Notes under the pieces: model-generated
What the model saw: the letters and a program-made list of their open reading frames with translations, nothing else
Told to the model about the DNA's origin: nothing
The model's database searches: none
Translations under genes and position numbers: made by a program
Source: an uncultured Gammaproteobacteria bacterium
Lineage (GTDB): Bacteria; Patescibacteriota; Patescibacteriia; VMEV01; CAYQCH01
Assembly: GCA_964352335.1 (NCBI GenBank)
Contig: CAYGRO010000007.1
Location: 361-64,360, forward strand
Length of the DNA: 64,000 nucleotides
Direction of reading: 5' to 3'
Shown: piece by piece, positions 9,001-17,455 of the stretch
Numbering within the stretch: the stretch's first letter is position 1
How the letters are laid out: each line of letters starts with the position of its first letter

Positions 9001-9117
9001 CCACAAGAATGGCAATTACAATCCTTTTCTGATGTCACAGGAGATCATGGAATAGGTAAATGGTCAGCACAAGCGAGTATGAATGCAGACTCATTGTGGA
9101 ATTTCCTTCTTTATTAG
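6055..9117 (+). CDS. DUF4012 membrane protein with Lys-rich N-terminus
   Basis: YLVVFQNNTELRATGGFFGS, DTNWFFDWPTSA, VDGVIALN, NLAGGKTD, DYLRVYVPKGS motifs; one TM near aa 360. Confidence 0.85.
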   Translation: MPIKKKTPKKKVVKKTRTKTRATKTKTTTRKKRASSVSKKTVKAKPAKKKTTKVAKKTTVKSKKKKVLAKPKKKVVKKSVPAVAVERAISPSTKAGQLHNRQIQTKQHVYLAPTKTNTAFSVSGFSFQKALSQVRDKVHTTDEPIAITPIEAPIKLELDDQPEQPHFSPYVLDLKSRKTVVTTHKLSLNSAKPEQVQLGLFEEEVKTPVQFIAQSWNNFLASLKPRRRINLIPREQKQGVSLSQKIARKHKRFQFHLEEFGELLSRPYQLWRDAKRQKTFGLPRETSRQKQVPLISNRTRSGEAIPVSRIDKIHQKAKNVAASAQISVTSLSDVLKRQPKPKKTFSLEHLSLQKAFMPFAVLAFVILLPFAGASLYEGLSQTQGEVLGATNQAVSKLQSATNYAKSFQFLQASKDFQQASQTFLAASALIENQQGLSTKALSVLPVVGEKVRAGKDLLTIGNELSEAATLFSQGIAVLADEKHFLVDQPMSYKLEYLFVRLQEAQPHVQSAVSMLNEIDPANIPEDIQGDIEMLKQSLPVLSEKLHQFTEMDQSVLSFLGHQNLERYLVVFQNNTELRATGGFFGSLALVDIDRAEIKNIEIPGGGPYDFQGSLYKNYESPRAMQLINPRWELQDTNWFFDWPTSAQKITHVYEQSGGPTVDGVIALNTNVLQTLLEFTGPVQLASYEKEFSAENFREILQQHVEFEYDEELNQPKKIIADLAPVLLERVKLLDPVEYLELAAHLGELFQTRELFIYHTNEDVQKEFSKLGWSGEVVQTESDYLAIVHTNLAGGKTDGVIKDSYDLTTHFSENNTIQHTLTIARTHTGQKGIPLIGVRNVDYLRVYVPKGSKLISATGFEKPPTDLFESPGENWIVDQDLLASQGTYTVDSTTGVEIYEESGKTVFADWVQTDPGERQEIQITYEVPASVISEFILPTRESSWLDWVTGKTVNTEEEVKAYQLYWQKQSGAWDPEMHLSIDYPQEWQLQSFSDVTGDHGIGKWSAQASMNADSLWNFLLY

Positions 9118-9134
9118 TTCTTTTAGTCACTTTT

Positions 9135-11177
9135 ATGGCGAAAAAATCAAAAAAATCTAAACAAAAAAAGAAATTAGCTGATTTTAAAAAACAGCAATCA
9201 GATATGGTTGTGCAGGATAATCCTCTAGAAGAAACCGTACAGAATGAGAAGAAAGTAGAGATGAATTCTAAAAAGGAACGAAAGCCACGAAAAGGTTTAG
9301 GCCAAGAACTTATCGAAGTCTATGAATCAACAGGAGATGACTTAACTTCTGTAACCATGCTTGAGCATAGACGAAGAAGTTGGCAAAGAATGCTTTTGAT
9401 CATTCTTATTTTCCTTTTCTTTGTATTTATTGGTGTTGCCGTTGTGTCTTGGATTATTTGGGGTGGAAATAAAAGTTTCAGTGGAGATAATGTAGAGTTT
9501 AGTATCGCTGCTCCCACGGAAATTAATTCTGGACAAGAAGTGACTTATAAAATTGATTATGCGAATAGAGAAGATGTTAGTTTTAGAAAAGCAGAAATTG
9601 AATTGCGATTACCTCCTGGATTTATTTTCCTTTCTGCAGACCCAAGCCCAACAACGGGAGAAAACCTTTGGGATTTAGGTTCACTAAGTGCTGGAGACGA
9701 TGGAAGTATCGAAGTAATAGGGAAGCTTGTTGGAAAACCAGAAGTTGATACCACTATTTCTGGTGTATTACGATATTGGCCTGCAAACTTTAGTTCAGAG
9801 TTTCAAGAAGTAGCTTCTGCACAGTCTTTAGTAAAACCAGTACAAGCATTATTTAGAATTGAAGGTCCAGATCAAGTTCTGATTGGGCAAAAAGCGAGTT
9901 ATGCGGTAAATGTAAAAAATGATTCAGATAAGCTCATGAGCGATTTACAAGTACAAGCTATTTATCCAGCTGACTTTATTGTTGATTCAACGGAACCAGA
10001 AATTGTGGAACCATATGATACATGGGAAATTGAATCAATCGAACCGGGGCAAGAATATGAAATTCAAATTGATGGCTTCTTTTCTAAGCTTGAAGAACCA
10101 GAATTAGAGCTTATTGTTGTGCTATCTCAAAAAGGACCAGAAGAGGGTTATTTTGACCAAAAAGAAGAGCGTATATCTACTGTATTGATTGAAGGGGATT
10201 TACTTGTAAACCTCATTGCAAACGGTACAACAAAAGATACATCTGCCCAATGGGGAGATGTGATTAATGTATCAATTAATTATCAAAATAGTTCAGAAGC
10301 TCAATTAGCAGATCTAACTGTGATTGCAAAACTAGAAACTCGTTATCGGATAAATGAAGGGGAAAAAGGCAGTGCAGGTGGAATTAGTTTCTCATCTCTT
10401 ATCGATGCAAATAAAGGGAGCGTTAAAGAAGTAGATAAAATAAATGCTCAATCGGTACACGTGCGTACGATTACATGGGACGGAACAGATATTGATTCAC
10501 TAGAATCATTAGATGAAGATGAAGAAGGAACAATTAATCTTCAGTTTTCATTACTAGATGCAGAAGCTGCGATTAAAGCATTAGATCATGCAGGAGATGC
10601 AGAAATTGTTCTTGTTGCAGATGTCATTGTTGGAAAAACAGGAGGAGTAGATGAAGAAATTACGGTAACAAGTAATCCAATTACAATAAAATTGAATACA
10701 GATCTTACCATGGACGCATTCGCAAGATATTATGGTGAAAATGAAGAACAATTAGGAAATGGTCCATTACCACCAACGGTTGGAGAAAAAACAACTTATC
10801 GAGTTTTTGTTGATTTAACAAATTCTATTCATGAAGGGCAAGATATTATTGTTAGTACACAATTGCCATCTAATGTTTCTTGGGTAAATAATTATTCCGT
10901 AAGTGCTGGTGAAGTGGAATTTAGCTCAAGCGGTAGCGATTTAACTTGGCGTTTGAATAAATTGCCATTAGATGTAAATGAAGTTTCTCTCGCTTTTGAT
11001 GTTGAGTTAAATCCTCTAGAAACACAAATTGGTAAAGTAGCTGCTTTAACGAAGAAAATCACCATGACAGCTACAGACTCAATTACTGGTGGAAAACTCA
11101 TACAAACAGCTTCTCCATTAACAACGGCTATCGACCGAGATAAAACAGGTTCAGATAAAGGTTTGGTCACAAATTAA
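9135..11177 (+). CDS. Single-pass membrane protein with DUF11/Ig-like repeats
   Basis: Basic N-terminus, TM helix, repeated GQEVTYKIDYAN / GPLPPTVGEKTTY beta-sandwich domains. Confidence 0.75.
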   Translation: MAKKSKKSKQKKKLADFKKQQSDMVVQDNPLEETVQNEKKVEMNSKKERKPRKGLGQELIEVYESTGDDLTSVTMLEHRRRSWQRMLLIILIFLFFVFIGVAVVSWIIWGGNKSFSGDNVEFSIAAPTEINSGQEVTYKIDYANREDVSFRKAEIELRLPPGFIFLSADPSPTTGENLWDLGSLSAGDDGSIEVIGKLVGKPEVDTTISGVLRYWPANFSSEFQEVASAQSLVKPVQALFRIEGPDQVLIGQKASYAVNVKNDSDKLMSDLQVQAIYPADFIVDSTEPEIVEPYDTWEIESIEPGQEYEIQIDGFFSKLEEPELELIVVLSQKGPEEGYFDQKEERISTVLIEGDLLVNLIANGTTKDTSAQWGDVINVSINYQNSSEAQLADLTVIAKLETRYRINEGEKGSAGGISFSSLIDANKGSVKEVDKINAQSVHVRTITWDGTDIDSLESLDEDEEGTINLQFSLLDAEAAIKALDHAGDAEIVLVADVIVGKTGGVDEEITVTSNPITIKLNTDLTMDAFARYYGENEEQLGNGPLPPTVGEKTTYRVFVDLTNSIHEGQDIIVSTQLPSNVSWVNNYSVSAGEVEFSSSGSDLTWRLNKLPLDVNEVSLAFDVELNPLETQIGKVAALTKKITMTATDSITGGKLIQTASPLTTAIDRDKTGSDKGLVTN

Positions 11178-11179
11178 AA

Positions 11180-11255
11180 CATGATTCATGGTGCATGGGG
11201 CATGGTACAATTCGTTCATTTTGAGCTATGTATCCTGTACTCATGCACCATGTTT
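11180..11255. repeat. Inverted array of CATGnnn heptamers
   Basis: CATGATT CATGGTG CATGGGG CATGGTA ... CATGCAC CATGTTT; 11187-11197 is the reverse complement of 11242-11252. Confidence 0.75.
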
Positions 11256-11269
11256 TTTATTCTAAACCA

Positions 11270-11298
11270 TTGCAATTTATCCTCTTTTCTGGTATCGT
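11270..11298 (+). promoter_or_regulatory. Putative sigma70 promoter of tgt
   Basis: TTGCAA-17bp-TATCGT with extended TG; about 10 nt before the ATG. Confidence 0.45.
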
Positions 11299-11307
11299 AT
11301 CGATTCT

Positions 11308-12426
11308 ATGTATACTCTCAAAAAGCAATCAATAGTATCAAAAGCACGTCGCGGTGAAGTGCAAACGGAACATGGGGTGATCCAAACTCCATTTTTTATG
11401 ACGATTGCTACACGTGGGGCTGTAAAAACGCTTACAACAGAAGATATGCGTCAATTACAGGCGCAAATCATTCTTTCCAATACCTACCATTTAAATATGC
11501 GTCCTGGTACTGAGCTTTTAGACAAAGCAGGCGGACTACATTCCTTTATGAAATGGGATGGACCAATTTTAACAGATAGTGGCGGGTATCAAGTTTTTAG
11601 TTTAGCTAAAATGCGTAAAATTTCAGAACAAGGGGTAAAGTTTAAAGATCCTGTCTCTGGGACTAGCTATGAACTTACACCAGAAAGAGTTATCGACATT
11701 CAGTTGTCTATTGGAAGCGATATTATGATGGTTTTAGATGAATGCCCAGCATTGCCATGTACAAAAACAGAAATGGAAAAATCCATTGCACTCACTCATA
11801 GATGGGCACAAAGAGCTTATGATTATAGACAAAGCTTAATTGATTCCAAAAAAATTAAAGCTGGTCGGCATAATTTATTTGGAATTGTTCAAGGTGGGGT
11901 AGATAAAGAATTACGAAAACATTCTTTAGAAACACTATCTTCCATTCCTTTTGATGGTTATGCCATTGGTGGTTTAGCTGTTGGAGAGCCACGAGAAGAA
12001 ATGTATGAAATGCTCGATTTTCTCACACCACAAATGCCAGAGAATAAACCTCGTTATCTCATGGGGGTAGGGAAGCCAGAAGAAATTGTCCATGCGGTTA
12101 AACAAGGAGTTGATATGTTCGACTGTGTAATCCCAACGAGACATGCAAGACACGGTCAATTATTTGTCTTCACCGATAGAGAGAACCTTAATGGAGATTT
12201 TTACGAAGCAATTAATATCACCAATGAAAAATATGAAAATGATTTTACGGTCGTAGATGAAACCTATACAGATCAATTTTCTTTTACCTATACCAAAGCC
12301 TATTTGCGACATTTATTCAAAACAAATGAATTACTCGCATATAGGTTAGCAACACTCCATAATGTCCGTTTCTACTTAGAGTTAATGACCCTTATCCGTA
12401 AAGCGATTGAAGAAGATCGTTTATAA
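11308..12426 (+). CDS. tgt: tRNA-guanine transglycosylase
   Basis: LSNTYHL, LTDSGGYQVFSL, GIVQGG, GGLAVGE, KPRYLMGVG, DMFDCVIPTR. Confidence 0.97.
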   Translation: MYTLKKQSIVSKARRGEVQTEHGVIQTPFFMTIATRGAVKTLTTEDMRQLQAQIILSNTYHLNMRPGTELLDKAGGLHSFMKWDGPILTDSGGYQVFSLAKMRKISEQGVKFKDPVSGTSYELTPERVIDIQLSIGSDIMMVLDECPALPCTKTEMEKSIALTHRWAQRAYDYRQSLIDSKKIKAGRHNLFGIVQGGVDKELRKHSLETLSSIPFDGYAIGGLAVGEPREEMYEMLDFLTPQMPENKPRYLMGVGKPEEIVHAVKQGVDMFDCVIPTRHARHGQLFVFTDRENLNGDFYEAINITNEKYENDFTVVDETYTDQFSFTYTKAYLRHLFKTNELLAYRLATLHNVRFYLELMTLIRKAIEEDRL

Positions 12427-12476
12427 TCATGATGCTTGTTACATGTACACCATGTACCATATCTCATGATAAGATT

Positions 12477-13169
12477 ATGCAACAAGAAATTTGGGAAAAA
12501 GAATATGAACAAGGACAATTAGTTTCCTTGGATGATAAACCACAGTCATATATGAATCGGTATTTTCGTCGTCTCAAATTTTCTTTAGATAAAGATTTTG
12601 AGGATTGGTCTGTTTTAGATCTTGGTTCTGGGACAGGACGAAATAGCAATTTCTTAGCAGAAAAAGGTTCAGAAGTAACAGGAATAGAGATTGCAAAAAA
12701 TGCATTAGAATTGGCAAAGAAACGAGCTATTGAAATGGGGGTAAAAGTAAATTATCTTCATCAAAGTATTGGTGAGCCATACCCATTCAAAGACAATAGT
12801 TTTGATCTTGTTATGGATATTACATCTTCAAATTCACTCAATAATGCAGAGCGAGAAGTGTATTTAAAAGAAGTCCATCGAGTATTAAAACCTGGTGGGG
12901 CATTTTGGGTACGAACATTATCGTTAGATAACGATAAAAACGCTAAAAACTTATTGAAACTCTTTCCTGGTTCAGAAGAGCATACCTATATTATGCCTGG
13001 TACTGGTATTGAAGAACATGTCTTTACCAGACAAGAGTTTTATAAATTATATCAACAGTATTTCGATATAAAAAAGTTTGAAAAGCCAGTAACGTATACT
13101 CCATTTAAAGGACAACCGTATAAACGTCATTTTTTCTTCGCATGGATGAAGAAAAAGGAAGTGGAATAA
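12477..13169 (+). CDS. Class I SAM-dependent methyltransferase
   Basis: VLDLGSGTGRN motif I, SFDLV, RVLKPGG. Confidence 0.9.
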   Translation: MQQEIWEKEYEQGQLVSLDDKPQSYMNRYFRRLKFSLDKDFEDWSVLDLGSGTGRNSNFLAEKGSEVTGIEIAKNALELAKKRAIEMGVKVNYLHQSIGEPYPFKDNSFDLVMDITSSNSLNNAEREVYLKEVHRVLKPGGAFWVRTLSLDNDKNAKNLLKLFPGSEEHTYIMPGTGIEEHVFTRQEFYKLYQQYFDIKKFEKPVTYTPFKGQPYKRHFFFAWMKKKEVE

Positions 13170-13179
13170 AATACAATTT

Positions 13180-13215
13180 GGCAAAAAGAAAAGCGGCTTA
13201 AGGGCCGTTTTTTGC
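13180..13215 (+). terminator. Terminator after methyltransferase
   Basis: AAAGCGGC-TTAAGG-GCCGTTTTTT stem with flanking GCAAAAA/TTTTTGC. Confidence 0.6.
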
Positions 13216-13218
13216 TTT

Positions 13219-13264
13219 AAAAAAGGGGGAGCCCGCAACAGTGTGTCGACTGTGTTGCGGGCTC
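13219..13264 (-). terminator. Terminator of the GC-rich orphan on the minus strand
   Basis: GAGCCCGCAACA (13229-13240) / TGTTGCGGGCTC (13253-13264) 12-bp stem; CCCC then T-run on the minus strand. Confidence 0.7.
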
Positions 13265-13286
13265 TATCCATCCTCCAAATTCCACG

Positions 13287-14051
13287 TTAGGCAAGCTCGG
13301 CTTCCCGTTGTCGTGGGGTGTCTTCCTCCGGCTCTGAGTTGTTCTCTTCTCGTGCTTTCGGTGGTTCGTTTCGCTTTCGCTCGACGATTTGTTTGAGCGG
13401 TTCACGACCTGAGTCGTTTTCCGTCTCTTCTTCTTCCTCACCTTGAAGTGACCATGAGGCAAGAATCTTGTCGTCATCCATGGCTTCGTCTTCTGCTCGC
13501 TCGATTTCAGCAACTGCTTCGTCGAGGTCAGTGAGAAGCTCATTGAGCTTAACGACGGCCTCTTGGTTGTCGACAGCCATCACGTCACTCGTAGAGATGG
13601 TGCCAAGATCTTTCACAGCAGATTCTAGCGCCATCCGGATCTCCAGAATCTCGTTGATGTCTTGGAGTTGGATGACACGAAGCGCGATGCGTTTGATCTG
13701 GTCGAGGATAAGTGAGAACTTCTTCTCACGTCCCTTGAGCGCCTTCTCTGGGTCGAGGTCGAATGCTTCGAACTCAGGATGGCGACCGCTCTTCTGTTTG
13801 GTGCGTTCAAAGATCTCTTTGAGCTTGTTGAGCAAGGTGCTTAGCTTTTCCTTGCGGATCAGCGTGTCTTGCTCTCGGGCCCCGATGAGACCGAGCTTGA
13901 TACCCAGTCTGGTTCGTTCGAGCCGAGTTCTGATAGCGCCTCGGTACCAGTAGCACGTGCAGGCAATGAATGCCACAGTGCTCATTGCGATAACCTCGGC
14001 ATTAGCCGCGATCCAGTAATCCCATGAGAGGGCAAAAGTCATGTAAGGCAT
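13287..14051 (-). CDS. GC-rich orphan: N-terminal TM, coiled coil, acidic tail
   Basis: AAGGAG SD before the ATG at 14051 (MPYMTF...); sampled line about 52% GC. Confidence 0.75.
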   Translation of the reverse strand: MPYMTFALSWDYWIAANAEVIAMSTVAFIACTCYWYRGAIRTRLERTRLGIKLGLIGAREQDTLIRKEKLSTLLNKLKEIFERTKQKSGRHPEFEAFDLDPEKALKGREKKFSLILDQIKRIALRVIQLQDINEILEIRMALESAVKDLGTISTSDVMAVDNQEAVVKLNELLTDLDEAVAEIERAEDEAMDDDKILASWSLQGEEEEETENDSGREPLKQIVERKRNEPPKAREENNSEPEEDTPRQREAELA

Positions 14052-14111
14052 GGTAGTCTCCTTTACCCCTCTGGGGTGATTCTTCGTTACACGCGACAAC
14101 TTACTGTTCGG

Positions 14112-14140
14112 ATCATAACGAAAACTACGACCAAGGTCAA
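14112..14140 (-). promoter_or_regulatory. sigma70 promoter of the 13287-14051 orphan
   Basis: Minus strand TTGACC-17bp-TATGAT. Confidence 0.7.
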
Positions 14141-14172
14141 TTGGAAAGCCACCCTAAAACCCTTGTTTTTAA

Positions 14173-14181
14173 TGTGGATAA
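14173..14181 (-). promoter_or_regulatory. Consensus DnaA box
   Basis: TGTGGATAA = TTATCCACA on the minus strand, upstream of xseA. Confidence 0.5.
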
Positions 14182-14252
14182 CTTAAAAAACACCTAAATT
14201 GTTGAGTATGCTAATCTCAGTAGTATGAGAAAAATGTTATACTAGAAGTCCT

Positions 14253-15530
14253 ATGGATCAAGCACCAGAAATACCTATTTTAACCGTTACCCAATTTAAC
14301 GATACCGTCAATCAAGTATTGGCGGATATGCGTGTTTGGGTAAAAGGAGAAATTTCTGGCTATAAAGTAAGTCAAAATAAATGGGTGACCTTCGACCTTA
14401 AAGATGAAGGGAGTAAGGTCAATGTATTTATGACCATTTATCAAGTTGACCAAGTACTAGAAGATGGAATGGAAGTAAAAGTATTTGGTAATCCACGTAT
14501 TTATGTTCCTTATGGAAAATATAGTTTTACTGCTCAACGAGTAGAACCTGTTGGAGAAGGGGCACAAAGAAGAGCTTTTGAATTGACCAAACAAAAATTG
14601 GAAACAGAGGGTCTTTTTGATCCAGCTTATAAAAAAGAGTTACCAAGATTTCCGCAAACAATCGGTATTGTCACATCTGCAGAAGCTGCTGCGTATACAG
14701 ATTTTTTGCGTATTTTAAATAATCGGTGGGGAGGCGTTACTACAATTTTGCGTCCATCCCTTGTACAAGGGAATAATGCACCAGGTGAGTTAGTAGATGC
14801 AATTGAATGGTTTAATAAATTTCATCCAGTAGATGTAATGGTGATCACTCGTGGAGGAGGGTCATTAGAAGATTTACAAGCATTTAATTCTGAACAGGTC
14901 TGTCGTGCAATTTTCGCATCTAGAATCCCTATTATTTGTGGTATTGGTCATGAACGAGATACATCGCTGGCAGAACTTGTTGCAGATAGACGTGCTTCTA
15001 CTCCATCGAATGCTGCTGAAATTGCTGTTCCAGATAAAGAAGAAATACAATGGCAATTACAAAGAATGGAAAAAACAATGTCAGATACGATCTATACTAA
15101 ATTAGCTGATTTACGTTCAAACTTGGAAGACATGCTCTCTCGTATGGAAAGTGTATTACGAGATTATGCAAAAACGTTTCAAGAATTGGATCATCGTCTA
15201 AAACTAAGTTTTCAAACGTATCGATTACAATTACAAGCTTTTCAACAAGATCTTGGTTCATTGGCCAAACGAATCCAGCTAGCATCAAATTCTGTTTTTA
15301 ATTCATACCATGATCAACTAGATCAATTGGGGAAATTACTCACTTCCTATAGTCCCAAACTAGTGCTTAAACGAGGATATAGTATCGCTCGTTTAGGGAA
15401 TGGAAAGGTTGCAACTTCTGTAAAACAAGTTAAAACTGGAGAAGTTATTCAAACTGAATTTGCAGATGGCTCTATTTCTTCCATTGTTGAATCAAAAGGG
15501 AAGTTGGTAGAGAATGGCCGATTATTGTAA
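14253..15530 (+). CDS. xseA: Exodeoxyribonuclease VII large subunit
   Basis: VWVKGEIS, ITRGGGSLEDL, GIGHERDTSL, ASTPSNAAE, LKRGYSI. Confidence 0.97.
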   Translation: MDQAPEIPILTVTQFNDTVNQVLADMRVWVKGEISGYKVSQNKWVTFDLKDEGSKVNVFMTIYQVDQVLEDGMEVKVFGNPRIYVPYGKYSFTAQRVEPVGEGAQRRAFELTKQKLETEGLFDPAYKKELPRFPQTIGIVTSAEAAAYTDFLRILNNRWGGVTTILRPSLVQGNNAPGELVDAIEWFNKFHPVDVMVITRGGGSLEDLQAFNSEQVCRAIFASRIPIICGIGHERDTSLAELVADRRASTPSNAAEIAVPDKEEIQWQLQRMEKTMSDTIYTKLADLRSNLEDMLSRMESVLRDYAKTFQELDHRLKLSFQTYRLQLQAFQQDLGSLAKRIQLASNSVFNSYHDQLDQLGKLLTSYSPKLVLKRGYSIARLGNGKVATSVKQVKTGEVIQTEFADGSISSIVESKGKLVENGRLL

Positions 15531-15534
15531 TTAC

Positions 15535-15599
15535 TTGGCTAGTAGGAGGGTAGGAGAGTAGCAACTACACTCCTACCTTCCTACTCTCCTACTAGCTAA
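15535..15599. repeat. Inverted array of GTAGGAG octamers
   Basis: TTGGCTAGTAGGAG GGTAGGAG AGTAG / CTAC ACTCCTAC CTTCCTAC TCTCCTAC TAGCTAA. Confidence 0.75.
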
Positions 15600-15669
15600 A
15601 AATACGATGCCAAAAAAACAACTAAGGAATAACAACATTAACTATTAAACACCACAATAAGTGGAAAAT

Positions 15670-15882
15670 ATGGCTAAAGCAAAAACATTTAATTTTGGAG
15701 AATCATTTAACGAACTGAATCAAATTGTTGATCAATTAGAATCTGGTGATATTGGTTTAGATCAAGCATTGAAGCAATATGAAGATGGTTTAAAACTTGT
15801 ATCTGAATGTAAAAAACAGTTAACGCAAGTCGAGAATAAAGTAAAAGTAATCCGAGATAAATACGTTGAAGAAGAGGTTTAA
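15670..15882 (+). CDS. xseB: Exodeoxyribonuclease VII small subunit
   Basis: ELNQIVDQLESGDIGLDQALKQYEDGLKL...L.QVENKV; follows xseA. Confidence 0.93.
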   Translation: MAKAKTFNFGESFNELNQIVDQLESGDIGLDQALKQYEDGLKLVSECKKQLTQVENKVKVIRDKYVEEEV

Positions 15883-15903
15883 AGACTCGCTTTATACATT
15901 TTC

Positions 15904-16980
15904 ATGTTTACATTAATTTCTCTCATTGGTTTTACCCTAACACTAGTCCTCACTTGGGGGGTACGCCGATTTGCGCTTTCTCAAAATATTGTTGATGACC
16001 CCAAAGGGGTAGAGAGAAAGATTCATTCAAAGCCCAAACCACTTTTAGGTGGTGTTGCAATTTATCTAGGGCTTTGTTTTACAATTTTTCTATCGTATCT
16101 ATTAGAATTGCTTCCACAAGGCTCTATTTCTGGTAAGCAATTAATCGGTTTACTTTTCGGTGGTGCATGGCTTATTTTAGGAGGTGTTTTAGACGACAAA
16201 TATAATTTCTCACCTAAAAAACAAATCCTCTTTCCTTTGCTTGCTGTATTAACGGTCATTTCTAGTGGAATAGGAATTGAATCTTTTACCAATCCTTTTG
16301 GTGGACAATTCTTTTTAGATCAATTTGAATTTACATTATTTTCTTTAAAAGGCATTCCATATTCTGTCACATTATTAGCAGATGTCTTCACCTTTCTTTG
16401 GCTATTTGGTTTTATTTATGCCACGAAATTTTTTGATGGACTTGACGGACTCGTTTCTGGTATTACCGTTATTGGTGCTTTTACTGTTTTTGCAACGAGT
16501 TTATTACCTAAAGTAAATCAACCAGAAACCGCATTACTTGCTCTTATTGTGGCGAGTTGTTTTGCAGGATTTCTCTTCTTCAATTTTAATCCAGCCAGCA
16601 TTTTTTTAGGAGAGGCGGGGAGTACATTAGCGGGGTTTCTTATTGGAAGTTTGGCAATTATTGCAGAAAGTAAAATTACAACAACATTAGTTGTTATGTC
16701 ATTGCCTTTACTCGATTTACTTTGGACAGTAGTAAGAAGAACTTTTTTAGAAAAAACATCTCCAACAAAAGCAGATCGAAAACATATACACCATCGACTG
16801 CTCGATTCAGGTTTATCTCATCGTTCGGCTGTTTTTCTTTTGTATCTTTGGGCGATAGGTTTAGGTATTGTTGCATGGTTATATCAAAGTACTGAGTTAA
16901 TCGAATTGTTGTTTTTATCATTTGTTTTTCTCATTAGTTTTGCTATCTATCTTATTTATAGAATAAAAAAATATGCATAA
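15904..16980 (+). CDS. WecA/TagO-family undecaprenyl-phosphate GlcNAc-1-P transferase
   Basis: RKIH..P.PLLGG, GVLDDK, FFDGLDGL, FNFNPASIFLGEAG, DRKHIHHRLL. Confidence 0.92.
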   Translation: MFTLISLIGFTLTLVLTWGVRRFALSQNIVDDPKGVERKIHSKPKPLLGGVAIYLGLCFTIFLSYLLELLPQGSISGKQLIGLLFGGAWLILGGVLDDKYNFSPKKQILFPLLAVLTVISSGIGIESFTNPFGGQFFLDQFEFTLFSLKGIPYSVTLLADVFTFLWLFGFIYATKFFDGLDGLVSGITVIGAFTVFATSLLPKVNQPETALLALIVASCFAGFLFFNFNPASIFLGEAGSTLAGFLIGSLAIIAESKITTTLVVMSLPLLDLLWTVVRRTFLEKTSPTKADRKHIHHRLLDSGLSHRSAVFLLYLWAIGLGIVAWLYQSTELIELLFLSFVFLISFAIYLIYRIKKYA

Positions 16981-17425
16981 AGGCTTTTTTCTTTTATTTT
17001 TTGTTCTATTAGGTTCAGGTTGCCAAATACAACCAATAGCAGATTCAGTAGACAATGAAATAACTTCTGTACAAATTGGGAATGCAACTTATTCTGTTGA
17101 AGTAAAAGATACGCCAATAGAAAGAAACCAGGGGCTTTCTGGAAGAGAAAAGCTTGGAGAAAATGAAGGCATGCTCTTTTTATTTGATCAACCCCAAGAA
17201 TTAAGCTTTTGGATGAAAGATATGCAATTTCCATTAGATTTCATTTGGATAAATGACCAAGTCGTTATTGGGTTAGATGAACATATTCCTCATCCTGCAA
17301 TAAATAACAACGAAATTGCCCGTTTAAGCTCTCCAGAAGCGACTGATACAGTTTTAGAAGTAAATGCTGGGCACATAGAGCTTTATGGTCTTAAAATAGG
17401 GGATTTGGTTAAATATGAGCGGTAG
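16973..17425 (+). CDS. DUF192 family protein, lipobox-like signal
   Basis: GLSGRE.L..NEGMLFLF, FWMKDMQFPLDFIWI, VLEVNAG; LGSGC. Confidence 0.9.
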   Translation: MHKGFFLLFFVLLGSGCQIQPIADSVDNEITSVQIGNATYSVEVKDTPIERNQGLSGREKLGENEGMLFLFDQPQELSFWMKDMQFPLDFIWINDQVVIGLDEHIPHPAINNNEIARLSSPEATDTVLEVNAGHIELYGLKIGDLVKYER

Positions 17426-17426
17426 A

Positions 17427-17455
17427 TTGACAAATTAGGATTGTTTTCGTATAAT
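17427..17455 (+). promoter_or_regulatory. Consensus sigma70 promoter of rplU
   Basis: TTGACA-17bp-TATAAT exact. Confidence 0.9.

Noticed and set aside
13217-13953. ORFs 13217-13543, 13468-13953 and 13625-13810
   Set aside because: Alternative frames of the 13287-14051 gene; Ser/Arg-rich antisense composition and no SD
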